Assembly (NCBI GenBank): GCA_035285125.1
Contig: JAYKHR010000016.1
Location: 1 to 53,418, forward strand
Reading direction: 5' to 3'
Origin: Candidatus Sericytochromatia bacterium
GTDB taxonomy: Bacteria > Cyanobacteriota > Sericytochromatia > S15B-MN24 > JAQBPE01
Length of the DNA: 53,418 bases
The notes under the pieces were generated by a model, which ran no database searches, was not told where the DNA came from, and was given only the letters and a program-made list of their open reading frames with translations. Both the position numbers and the translations under genes were made by a program. Shown here piece by piece: positions 20,158 through 29,361 of this stretch; positions within the stretch are counted from its first letter, which is position 1, and each line of letters begins with the position of its first letter.

Positions 20158-21534
20158 TCAAACCTTCTGTTTGAGGGTGGACAGGAAGCGGTTGCCCACG
20201 AAGTTGAGCATGTGGGCCAGCTGCTCACGTGCCACGAGGGTGTCCTTGAGTTCGATGAAGTTCGTGAGCAGCTCGCGGAACTCGTCGGTGGGCGTCGTGA
20301 GCTCATCGAAGGGCAGCGAGAAGAACCGCTCGATGATCTCCTGCTCCTGACCGAGCAGTTTCTTCCAGATGTCGTGAAGATCCCGCTCGTCGTGCTCGTA
20401 CTGATTCACGCGGATGGTGTCGAGGTTGAAGGTGCGCCGGAAGGCGTCCTTGACCTCCTTTTCAGCCAGCGCCTCCTCCCAGATGCGAAGGTTGTCCGAG
20501 GCCGTCAGCGCGAGCGCAGCCCCCTTGGCCTTGACGCGCTCGAGCTGACGCTCCTTGGAGACCAGCTGCTGCTGCGCCCCCTCGAGGCCCTTGACTCGCT
20601 CCACGAGGCCATCGTTCTCCTCCCGAAGGCGGGCGGCTTCCTCGCGAGCTTCTTGGGCCTGAGTGGTTGCCCGGCGACCCTCCTTCTCGAGCCGCTCGAT
20701 TTGCTGACGCATCGGGAGTAGCTCGTCACGGGCCTTGGTGGTCTTCTCGGCCGCATCCTGACGCGACTTGTTCAGGTCGGCAATCTCCTTGCGGAGCTGC
20801 GCCTCGGTGCGCGCCCAGTCGGTCTGACGCCCCACCAGCTCGGCGCGGGCCTTGTCGACCGCCTCGTTGAGCTCGGCGCGCCGCTTCTCCTTGTTCTCCT
20901 CGAGGAGCCGCTTGAACTTGGTGACCTCTTCTTCGGAGCGCGCAAGGCGGCCCTCGAGCGCCGCTTTCTGCTCTTCGAGCTGCCGGCGAAGCTCCACGAC
21001 GACGGCCTCGGGCACGCCACCCACCAAGGGCTCTGCGCCGCCCTCAGCCGCGGCCTCTCCGCCCGTCGCGGCCTTCGGCTTGGGCGGCTTCAGCGTGGCC
21101 AGCACCTTGGCAGGCAATTCGTAGGGGCCCAGCCGGGCGTAGGCGTTGACGGCCTCGTGCGTGCTTCCCTTCAGCCACTTCTTGAGCGCAGCCGTGGCAT
21201 CCTTGGCGGCCGTCTCCAACACCTCTTCGTCGGTCGGGGGGGGGCCGGCATCCCGCTTGAAGGCATCAGGGAGCTCAGGCACGTCGCCGAGGGTCGCCGC
21301 GTTGTCCTTGACCCACGCGCTGAACACCAGAGCCCGGATCTTGGGGTTCGTGGTGACCAGGGGCGCCAGGAACTGGTTGATCTGACCCTCGCGCGCCTTG
21401 CCGGCCGCCACCTTCTGCGTGCCGAGGAACTGCGGCCGGAGGCGCGCATCCCGCTCGATCAGCTCTTGCTTGCGCTTGAGCCCGAGCCCGGTGAGGACCG
21501 CCTCGACGGCCTGCTCCAACGCCTGGGATTCCAT
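20158..21534 (-). CDS. hypothetical coiled-coil protein
   Basis: E/K/R/L-rich heptad region of about 170 aa flanked by globular ends; ATG 21534 lies 7 bp after the upstream stop. Confidence 0.8.
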   Translation of the reverse strand: MESQALEQAVEAVLTGLGLKRKQELIERDARLRPQFLGTQKVAAGKAREGQINQFLAPLVTTNPKIRALVFSAWVKDNAATLGDVPELPDAFKRDAGPPPTDEEVLETAAKDATAALKKWLKGSTHEAVNAYARLGPYELPAKVLATLKPPKPKAATGGEAAAEGGAEPLVGGVPEAVVVELRRQLEEQKAALEGRLARSEEEVTKFKRLLEENKEKRRAELNEAVDKARAELVGRQTDWARTEAQLRKEIADLNKSRQDAAEKTTKARDELLPMRQQIERLEKEGRRATTQAQEAREEAARLREENDGLVERVKGLEGAQQQLVSKERQLERVKAKGAALALTASDNLRIWEEALAEKEVKDAFRRTFNLDTIRVNQYEHDERDLHDIWKKLLGQEQEIIERFFSLPFDELTTPTDEFRELLTNFIELKDTLVAREQLAHMLNFVGNRFLSTLKQKV

Positions 21535-21541
21535 ATCCTGC

Positions 21542-24500
21542 TTAGCCAATGGTGAGCTCCTTCCGGGCGAACGGCACAAAGAAGCTGGCCAGGGCCTTGA
21601 GGTCCTCGTGGAACCCTTCTGCACGCCGTTGACTGAGGAATTGCTGGTACTGGGGCGAGTCGAGCAGCTCGCTCATGCCGAGATCGATGGCAGCCTGGAA
21701 GTCCCGAGCGGCCGCCTTGCGAAGGCCCTTGGCCAGCAGCAGCTGGGCCCGCTCGAGCCGCAACTCGGCAGCCTCCGGGGACGCCGCGATGCGGGCTGCA
21801 AGCGCCTCGATCTCAGGCTCGAAGGCGGCGTTACGAACCTCGACGGTACCGGCGGCCATACCACCTTGCACCGTCGGCACGAACGCCTTGATGGTGACGA
21901 CAGGGTGATCCTTGCCGCCCGGAATCGGGAAGGCAATGGTGCGGTCGAGCGACCCATCGGTCTCGACCTCCATCGTCGCCAGGCGCACGCCCGACGGGCT
22001 GGTCGCCTCGAGCCGCAGGGCGACATCGAGGGGGCCATCCGAGGCGATGTCGAGCTGGGCGACGCCATCGACCAGGTACTCGGCCGCCGCCTCGAAGCGC
22101 CGGATGCGAGGATGCCAGACGATTGTCAGGGCGCCGAAGGCCCGGCCGTCGATCTCGACGCGCACCTCCGTCTCGTGGTTGCGCAGCGATTCCTGCAGGC
22201 TCCCCAGCGCGTAGGTGGCGAAGCCTTCATAGAACTCCTCCACCATCGGCTCGCCGTCATCTGCCACGAGCAGGGCCTTCTCGGCGCGGACGGCAAACAG
22301 GACCAGCGTCAGATGGTCAAGCTCTTCGAACCCGAGGACGGACTTGCGAACCCAGGTGCCCTCGTTGTCATCGAGCAAGCGGAACCCGCCCACGTCGGGG
22401 GACACGGCAATGGGCACTTCGACGCGGGGGACGCCCAGCGTCAGCACGCCCTCAAGGGGCTTCGGCGCGAAGGGCGGGTTCTCCATCGCGTCGCGATCGA
22501 CGATGGGGTGGCCGAGCACGACCTTGGCTTCGTAGAGCCCACCCGGGAAGCACGGCGTCTGGCTCTTGGCCGTGACGACGAAGACGGCATCCTCGTCCAC
22601 GAGGCCCTGGGGCGTGGACACGAGCTCGAGCGCGGGCAGGATGACCAGCTCGCGCTGCCCAAGCAACTCGCCGCCCCCTAGGAGCTTCAGGCTGTAAGTG
22701 CCGGCGAGATCGTAGTCCGGCGCAGCGTCCAGCGCCCGCCGCAACATCGTGCCGGAGAGGCGACGGTTCTCGACCGGGAAGTTCATGAGCCAGTTGAGCT
22801 CGGCCCAGGTCCGGGTGAACAGCGCCACCCCATCTCGCTCAACGGACACGAGCGTGCCCTCGAGGAGCGACACGTCGTCGACAAAGAGGCTGTCAGGCGC
22901 AGCCACCATGTAGCCCCGAGGCTGCTCAGGCGCGAACGTGAAGGGCTGCGGAGCGGTCGGCAGCTCCGCAGCCTGCCACACCCCTTCGATGCGGTAGTCG
23001 AAGTTCCACTGGTGCCGCCCGTCGACGTAGACCTCGAGCGCAGCGGCCGGGTCCGTCCACGACAACCGGTAGATGTCGTAAGCCCCCTGCTTGCCCAGCG
23101 ATTCGACGCCGATGTCCCGCATCTGCATCGCGCCGGTGTTGATGGGGTGAGCCGCCGCAAGCAGGAAGGTCGAGGGACCGAACAGGCGACGCTCCTCGGC
23201 AGGCGGCACGAGCAGGCCGGTGGCCTCGGCCCCGAGCACCACCTCCGCCAGGAGGATCCTGCGCGTGAAGGGCTTGTCCGCCAACTTCACGACCTCGCCC
23301 GTCGCATGGTCCTGCACCACGAGTTCCAGGGCGCCGGCCTCCGGGGAGACGAGCGGGAGAACGCGGTCCGACAGCCGACCCACGCCTGCATCATCCAGTT
23401 CGAAGGTGAGGCGCCCTGCCGTGTCGGCCATCGCACACTCAAGCTGAAGGGTCTGCCCGGCCAGCTCGGGCACACAGACGCGGAATCCGCGCAGGTGCAG
23501 GGCCAGCACGGGGCGGCCCTCAGCGTCCGGGGCCACACCCATCTGGGCACCCCAATGCACCCCGAGCACCACGGGGGCAAGCACGCCATCCAGACGCACC
23601 GCGCGACCCGGGATGGCCCGGTCCACAAACAACCACCCTTCAGGCTGGCGCTCGTCAAACAGCGCCCGGGCCGACAGCGTCGAAGGCCAGCTGTCGATCT
23701 CGATCGTCGGGTCGGAGGCCGAGCGCCAGACGCTGTGTGCCCCAACGCGGCCGCTCGTCGGCAGGGCCCTGGTCGTCGGCAGGTCCCAGCCCTCGTTGGG
23801 GGTGACCGTGTATGTGCGATGTTCGATGCGGTAGACGCCCAGCTGGGGGACGCCAAAGGCCTTCTCCGCCATGGCCAGCGCGCCGGAGGGCATCCTGACC
23901 TCGCCGCCACGGGGCAGCCCGGCCAGCACCCGCTGGAACTGCTCGGGGTGCCAGGCGCGGTCGAGCCCCTCGACCAGCACAGCGAGGGCCTCTTCGTCGC
24001 CCTGCAGCAGCTTGCGCGGGTCGATGCCCGTCAGGCCGCGGATCGCGTCGGCCTGCGTGAACAGGTCGCTGACACGCCAGCGGGCCTGGCCGCGCAGCCC
24101 AGCCATCACGGTGGCAAGCTGGGAGGCCACGGGGGCCACCACGCCGGCGTTGGGCGCGAGCCGCGGAATGAGGCTTTCGAGGAGCTCCCGATCGGCGTCG
24201 GGCAGGCCCACCACCTCGGTCCGACCGAGCAAGGGGGCCACCACGTCGTCCGACGGGTGGAACCACCGCCAGTAGATCACGAAGTAAGCCGCCACGGCGC
24301 GCAGCAGGGCCTTGGGCACCCCCGCATGAAGCAAGAGTGACTCGAGCAGCCGACGCGGCTCGGTGCGAGAGGGCAACTGAAGCCCGGCCTCCCTCATGGC
24401 TGCCGGCAGCAAACGCGAGAAGAGGTCGTACTCGGGCTCGACGCCCATCAGGCTGTGATACCGGGCGGGAAAGTCCGCGAGTCCGTCGCCCTGCAGCAAC

Positions 24501-24763
24501 ATGGCGCCGATCGCGGCGAGCGCCAGCCTGCGACCACCGACTTCCAGCCGCGCGTTTGTGGTGACAGGCTCGTCGGGGTCCTGGCGGATCAGCGTCGCGA
24601 GGACCGGTGCCAGATCGGGCAGGGCCTCTGACAGATCGAGGCCGGCATAGGGCAAGCCTCCCGAAGCGCTCCCGTAGCGAGCGCCCCCACGCAGGGCCTC
24701 CAAGCGTTCGGAGAGCTTGCCGACGCGCTGTTCGAATTCCGCCGGGTTGAGAAGGTCTGGCAT
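21542..24763 (-). CDS. large hypothetical protein (helical N-terminus, beta-rich middle, C-terminal TPR)
   Basis: 1073-aa ORF with protein-like composition; C-terminal TPR-like ELRLERAQLLLAKGLRKAAARDFQAAIDL. Confidence 0.8.
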   Translation of the reverse strand: MPDLLNPAEFEQRVGKLSERLEALRGGARYGSASGGLPYAGLDLSEALPDLAPVLATLIRQDPDEPVTTNARLEVGGRRLALAAIGAMLLQGDGLADFPARYHSLMGVEPEYDLFSRLLPAAMREAGLQLPSRTEPRRLLESLLLHAGVPKALLRAVAAYFVIYWRWFHPSDDVVAPLLGRTEVVGLPDADRELLESLIPRLAPNAGVVAPVASQLATVMAGLRGQARWRVSDLFTQADAIRGLTGIDPRKLLQGDEEALAVLVEGLDRAWHPEQFQRVLAGLPRGGEVRMPSGALAMAEKAFGVPQLGVYRIEHRTYTVTPNEGWDLPTTRALPTSGRVGAHSVWRSASDPTIEIDSWPSTLSARALFDERQPEGWLFVDRAIPGRAVRLDGVLAPVVLGVHWGAQMGVAPDAEGRPVLALHLRGFRVCVPELAGQTLQLECAMADTAGRLTFELDDAGVGRLSDRVLPLVSPEAGALELVVQDHATGEVVKLADKPFTRRILLAEVVLGAEATGLLVPPAEERRLFGPSTFLLAAAHPINTGAMQMRDIGVESLGKQGAYDIYRLSWTDPAAALEVYVDGRHQWNFDYRIEGVWQAAELPTAPQPFTFAPEQPRGYMVAAPDSLFVDDVSLLEGTLVSVERDGVALFTRTWAELNWLMNFPVENRRLSGTMLRRALDAAPDYDLAGTYSLKLLGGGELLGQRELVILPALELVSTPQGLVDEDAVFVVTAKSQTPCFPGGLYEAKVVLGHPIVDRDAMENPPFAPKPLEGVLTLGVPRVEVPIAVSPDVGGFRLLDDNEGTWVRKSVLGFEELDHLTLVLFAVRAEKALLVADDGEPMVEEFYEGFATYALGSLQESLRNHETEVRVEIDGRAFGALTIVWHPRIRRFEAAAEYLVDGVAQLDIASDGPLDVALRLEATSPSGVRLATMEVETDGSLDRTIAFPIPGGKDHPVVTIKAFVPTVQGGMAAGTVEVRNAAFEPEIEALAARIAASPEAAELRLERAQLLLAKGLRKAAARDFQAAIDLGMSELLDSPQYQQFLSQRRAEGFHEDLKALASFFVPFARKELTIG

Positions 24764-24962
24764 GGAAAGGGGGAGGGGTCCTGTTTTTGAAAGCGTTCGA
24801 AATCGACGGCGGCGCCAAGGCGGGCCGTGCCTCGTCAGTGTACCTTACTTGGTTGAATCTGTTGAGGCCCAGCGATCGGAAACCCCTGTCGCAGCACGGC
24901 TTGGCCCCTTTGCAGCCGGTGAACGCGGGCGGTATGCTTGAGCCGTGTAGGAGAGGTGATCG

Positions 24963-25841
24963 ATGAACGACGAGCCTGGCATCTACAAGGCCACAGACCT
25001 CACGTACGGCTCCTACCTTCGGGTTCCGGAGTTGCTCAGCCTGCAGCATCCTCAGTCGAACCCGCCGCATCACGACGAGATGCTCTTCATCGTGATCCAC
25101 CAAGCCTACGAGCTGTGGTTCAAGCTGATCCTGCACGAGCTCGAGAACGCGATGGATTATATGGGGCAGGGCGCCGTCCTTCGGGCCCACCACTTCCTGC
25201 GGCGCGTCGTCGAGATCCAGAAGGTGCTCGTCAACCAGATCCACATCCTGGAGACGATGACGCCCATCGAGTTCCTCGCCTTCCGCGACCACCTGAACCC
25301 GGCCAGTGGCTTCCAGTCTTTCCAGTTCCGGGAGGTCGAGTTCATCGCCGGCATCGTCGACGAGAGCTACTACGACCACTTCGTCGAGCAGACGGGGCTC
25401 GAGCGGCTGCGCGATCGCGCCAGGAACCCCAACCTCTGGGTGGCCTACCAGCGGTTGCTCGGGCACCTCGGTTTTCAGGTCCCGGCGCCGCTCCCGAACA
25501 ACCCGGCCGAGGGGCCCGACCGGGAGTCCCTGCTCGCGACCCTCGTCGCTATCTACGAGCAGCCAGAGGCGCGGCTGGACCTGTACATGCTGACAGAGGC
25601 CCTTGTCGACTTCGACACCCAACTCGGGCTCTGGCGGTTCCACCACGTCAGCGTGGTGGAGCGCATCATCGGCTTGAAGCTAGGCACCGGCGGCTCGAGC
25701 GGCTCCGGCTACTTGCGAAGCACCCTGAACAAGCGCTGCTTCCCTCTGCTGCTGGAGGCCCGGCGCCTCCTCGGCGGCCCAGACACACACTCCGGCTACG
25801 GCACCTCCCCCAGCGCGGGGGGCGGCTGCCCGTTCCACTGA
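24963..25841 (+). CDS. kynA: tryptophan 2,3-dioxygenase
   Basis: YGSYLRVPELLSLQ, HDEMLFIVIHQAYELWFK, ASGFQSFQFR, VERIIG.K.GTGGSSG..YL. Confidence 0.95.
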   Translation: MNDEPGIYKATDLTYGSYLRVPELLSLQHPQSNPPHHDEMLFIVIHQAYELWFKLILHELENAMDYMGQGAVLRAHHFLRRVVEIQKVLVNQIHILETMTPIEFLAFRDHLNPASGFQSFQFREVEFIAGIVDESYYDHFVEQTGLERLRDRARNPNLWVAYQRLLGHLGFQVPAPLPNNPAEGPDRESLLATLVAIYEQPEARLDLYMLTEALVDFDTQLGLWRFHHVSVVERIIGLKLGTGGSSGSGYLRSTLNKRCFPLLLEARRLLGGPDTHSGYGTSPSAGGGCPFH

Positions 25842-25860
25842 GCTCTCCAAGGAGTCGACG

Positions 25861-27030
25861 ATGACCCCCTTGTCCCGGATGACGGATCCCCTGTTGGTCT
25901 GGCGGGAAGAGTTTCCCGTGCTCCACGAGAAAACCTACCTCGTGAACCACTCGCTGGGCGCGATGCCCAGGGGCGTCAGAGCGGCGCTCGCCGCCTATGC
26001 CGAGCGCTGGGAGACGGACGGCATCGAGGCCTGGGAGACCTGGTTCCCGCTGATCCAGCAAACGGGTGACATGGTGGGCCGCCTCATGAACGCGCCGCAG
26101 GGCAGCGTGCTGATGCACCAGAACGTCTCGACGCTGCAGAGCATCCTGGCAAGCTGCTTCGACTTCTCTGGCAAGAAGAACGGCGTGGTGTACGAGGCGA
26201 TGAACTTCTCGACCGTCCACTACTTGTGGCAAGCCCAGGCCCGGCTCGGTGCGAAGGTCACGCTGGTCGAGAGCCCCGACGGCATCCATCTCCCCACGGA
26301 CCTGGTGCTGGACGCCATCGACGACTCCACGCTGGTCGTGCCCATCTCACACGTGCTGTTCCAGAGCAACTACGTCCAGGACGCCGCGGCCATCGTCGAG
26401 AAGGCCCACAAGCACGGGGCCCACGTCATCCTCGACACCTACCAGTCGGTGGGCATCTTGCCCGTAGACGTGCAGGCTCTCGGCGTCGACTTCGTCGTCG
26501 GCGGCTCCGTCAAGTGGCTTTGCGGCGGTCCCGGCGCAGCCTACCTCTATGTCCGGCCCGATCTGGTGCGCCAGTTTGAGCCGCGCCAGACGGGTTGGCT
26601 CTCGCACAAGGCGCCCTTTGCGTTCCGGATGGACATGGAATACGCCGACGACGTGCTGCGCTACCTCGGCGGCAGCCCCGGCGTCGCCGGGATGTACGCC
26701 GCCCGCGAGGGCTACCGCATCCTCGGGGAGGTCGGCGTGGAGGCCATTCGGGCCAAGAGCCTGCGGCAGACCCGCCTGATGATGGATCAACTCGACGCCG
26801 CAGGCTTCACCATCAAGAACCCGAGAGACGACGCCCGCCGAGGAGGCACGGTCTGCGTGGACTTCCCGGGATCCGGCGAGGCCGCCAAGGCGCTGCTGCG
26901 ACGAGGCATCCAGATCGACCACCGGCCGCAGTGCGGCATTCGCGTCTCGCCCCACTTCTACAACTCGGATGATGAGGTGGGCACGTTCGTGGATGCCCTG
27001 ATCGAACTGCGGGGGGCCCAGAAGGGCTGA
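25861..27030 (+). CDS. kynU: kynureninase (class V PLP enzyme)
   Basis: YLVNHSLGAMP, DTYQSVG, GGSVKWLCGGPGA, GWLSH, RRGGTV; adjacent to kynA. Confidence 0.85.
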   Translation: MTPLSRMTDPLLVWREEFPVLHEKTYLVNHSLGAMPRGVRAALAAYAERWETDGIEAWETWFPLIQQTGDMVGRLMNAPQGSVLMHQNVSTLQSILASCFDFSGKKNGVVYEAMNFSTVHYLWQAQARLGAKVTLVESPDGIHLPTDLVLDAIDDSTLVVPISHVLFQSNYVQDAAAIVEKAHKHGAHVILDTYQSVGILPVDVQALGVDFVVGGSVKWLCGGPGAAYLYVRPDLVRQFEPRQTGWLSHKAPFAFRMDMEYADDVLRYLGGSPGVAGMYAAREGYRILGEVGVEAIRAKSLRQTRLMMDQLDAAGFTIKNPRDDARRGGTVCVDFPGSGEAAKALLRRGIQIDHRPQCGIRVSPHFYNSDDEVGTFVDALIELRGAQKG

Positions 27031-27133
27031 GCGACCAGGACGACCCGATACGTCCGCCGGACCTTCGAGGGTCCGCTGCGGTGTTCGCCACCGGGTGCGG
27101 CCCGGTAGCGAACCACCCTTTCAGGGGCGACCG

Positions 27134-28054
27134 TCAGGCCGTTTCAGGCGTCACCTGGGCCGCCAGGGGCTTGCGGGCGTAGCGCAACGCATACTGCAAG
27201 GCAAAGCCAAGCGGATGGAACAGCCGCTGCCTGGCGCCGAGTTCGATGCTGGTCGAGGCGCCGATCAGGTGGGGGCGGTGGGTGTCCCACAGCCAGTCGC
27301 AAGCTGCCACGATCAGGCCCCGGGCCAGGCCCTTGCCGCGGTGGGCCTCGCTGACGCCGAGGTGATACAGGTAGCCGTGGCCGTCCTCGGGGTAGTAGAA
27401 GGCCGTCAGCGCCCCCGCCACCCGACCCGTCGCATCGACAGCCAGCACGATCTTCATGCGCTCCGGCTCAAAAAGCCGCTGCGGGGTGCTCGGCAGGCGG
27501 TAGCCTGGGAAGCACTCGTGCATCACCATCAGGAACGGCAACAAGGTGCGCGGTTTGAGATCCTCGATGTGATAGCCGGCGGGGATCTGGGGCTCCGCCC
27601 GGACCCTGGCGTGGGCCTCGTAGACGTAAATCTCGCGGTGCTTGCCGCAGCCGATGGCCGAGAGGAAGGCGTCGCCCACGGTGTTGGTGGAGCGAACGCC
27701 CACCTCCACCAGCTCGACCCCGGCTTCCACGGCCTCGGCTTCCAGGCACTGGTACAGCGCCCGCCCGATGCCCTGGCGCCGGGCGCCGGGCGCCACGATG
27801 GGGCCGTCGACCATCAGCACGCCGTTGCGTGTCTGGCCGGCCGTGAAGCCTACCACCACCCCGCCCTGGTCCAGGGCCACCCAGGCTTCCTCCTCGAGGG
27901 GCCGGTGGGCGTAGTCCACCTCGAACTCCGCGACGCTGGCCACGTCAGGCTGGCCGCAGGCCGTCTCGGGCGCCGCAGAGGCTTCCACCGCCAGGGCGGC
28001 CAGTGCGGGGAAATCGGCCGGTTCGTACCGCCTGATTCGAAACGGCGCAGTCAT
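27134..28054 (-). CDS. tandem GNAT acetyltransferase
   Basis: Two acetyl-CoA motifs: VAPGARRQGIGRAL and VSEAHRGKGLARGL. Confidence 0.85.
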   Translation of the reverse strand: MTAPFRIRRYEPADFPALAALAVEASAAPETACGQPDVASVAEFEVDYAHRPLEEEAWVALDQGGVVVGFTAGQTRNGVLMVDGPIVAPGARRQGIGRALYQCLEAEAVEAGVELVEVGVRSTNTVGDAFLSAIGCGKHREIYVYEAHARVRAEPQIPAGYHIEDLKPRTLLPFLMVMHECFPGYRLPSTPQRLFEPERMKIVLAVDATGRVAGALTAFYYPEDGHGYLYHLGVSEAHRGKGLARGLIVAACDWLWDTHRPHLIGASTSIELGARQRLFHPLGFALQYALRYARKPLAAQVTPETA

Positions 28055-28075
28055 GGGCAGGGGGACCTCTCGCCG

Positions 28076-28104
28076 ATTGTAGCCCAGCACCAGCACGCGT
28101 TCAA
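28076..28104 (-). promoter_or_regulatory. sigma70 promoter of the GNAT gene
   Basis: TTGAAC - 17 bp - TACAAT on the minus strand. Confidence 0.65.
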
Positions 28105-28127
28105 TGCACGGGCGATGTGGCGTCCGC

Positions 28128-28155
28128 GCTGGTTCAAATCGTTTTTATGTTAACC
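28128..28155 (+). other. dif-like site with strong XerD-type arm
   Basis: GCTGGTTCAAA-TCGTTT-TTATGTTAACC; right arm resembles E. coli TTATGTTAAAT, left arm is weak. Confidence 0.45.
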
Positions 28156-28365
28156 TGGCTTGCGAGGCCCCCTGGTGGCGTAACGTGGCGCGAATTGGTG
28201 CCCGAAGACGGACTGAAATGGCCGCCGTGTTATCTGACCACGACCAACCCCACGCCGAGGACACCCCTCCGCATTGCTCGCTTTATCTGGAATGCAACCT
28301 CAACGAAAAACCCTGAAACCCCCTTGAAACAGACAATCTCCAGGATCGGTGCCAGAAGCGGCCTA

Positions 28366-28393
28366 TTTCACGATAATTGTTATTATATGGAAC
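28366..28393. other. dif/Xer-like 11-6-11 site
   Basis: TTTCACGATAA-TTGTTA-TTATATGGAAC (ATAA-N6-TTAT core). Confidence 0.55.
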
Positions 28394-28617
28394 ATGGCCA
28401 CCGAGCCCTCCCCCAACTGCTGCGGCCGGGTGGGAGGTCGTCGGTTCCGGGGGGCGGGAGGACCGGCGCCCCTCGTGTCGCACGCCCGGGCCTCGGGGAC
28501 CGCGATGCGCTTCGCCCCCGGTGCCCTGCTGCGGCGCCCAGCCCACCTGAGCCGGCCGGGCCCCCGCCGCCCTGTGGGCGGGTACAAGGGGGTCTGCCGA
28601 AGATGGAGGGCTGACCG

Positions 28618-29271
28618 TTGGCGCTGCTGATCGAGATCCTGGTGATCCTCGGGGCCTCGGCCGCGATCCTGGTGCCGCTCCTCCGCTGGCTGTCCAGCCT
28701 CGTGGCCCGTCCCTCAGGGGCCTCCCGGGAGAGCGAGGAGCCAGACGCCAGCAGCTACTTTGAACGCAAGGAGGGGGCCGTGCGCGAGGGCACGGGGGAG
28801 ACGGCCGTGTGGCTCGTGAAGAGCGGGCCCCGGAAGCTCGACCTCATCAAGGCCGTGCGGGAGCTGACGGGGCTGGGCCTGCGCGAGGCGCATGCGCTCG
28901 TGGAGGCGGCCCCGGCGGCGGTGTTCCAGGGCCTCCGGGCGACCGACGCGGAGACGGCGCGCGCCGCCCTCGAGGCCGCCGGCGGCACGGTGGAGCTGCG
29001 CGGCGGGGCGCGTGGCGAGGAGGCCAACGCCGCGACTGAACCGGCCGCCACGGCCTGGGACGTCGTGCTGCTCGACCCCGGGGTCAGCCCGGACCGCGCC
29101 CGCGCCGCGCTGGAGGAGGCCCTCGGGCTCACCCGCGAGGCGGCCGAGGACGCCGTGATGGCGGCCCCCGGCCGCGTGGCGCGGGGCGTGGCGCGCGAGG
29201 CGGCGAAGGCCGCGCGCGAGGCGCTGGAGGCGGCGGGGGCACAGGTCGCGGTGCGGCCGGGCGAGGGCTGA
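28618..29271 (+). CDS. membrane-anchored protein with two ribosomal L7/L12 C-terminal-like domains
   Basis: N-terminal TM; GPRKLDLIKAVRELTGLGLREAHALVEAAP...LEAAGGTVEL and a second degenerate copy ending LEAAGAQV; GGAGG RBS. Confidence 0.8.
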   Translation: MALLIEILVILGASAAILVPLLRWLSSLVARPSGASRESEEPDASSYFERKEGAVREGTGETAVWLVKSGPRKLDLIKAVRELTGLGLREAHALVEAAPAAVFQGLRATDAETARAALEAAGGTVELRGGARGEEANAATEPAATAWDVVLLDPGVSPDRARAALEEALGLTREAAEDAVMAAPGRVARGVAREAAKAAREALEAAGAQVAVRPGEG

Positions 29272-29361
29272 GGCGGAGACCTGATCGGCTCGGGCGAACA
29301 AAGTCCCTCTGAACAGCGGTTGAGCGTGCAGTTCAGGGGCTGTTCGGCCCGAAGGGGGAGC

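Noticed and set aside
28311..28330. CCCTGAAAC/CCTTGAAAC resembling CRISPR repeat ends
   Set aside because: Only two adjacent 9-mers with no spacer periodicity.
28618..29271. Calling this gene rplL
   Set aside because: It has a TM anchor and two CTDs, lacks the N-terminal dimerisation domain and is not next to rplJ/rpoB.
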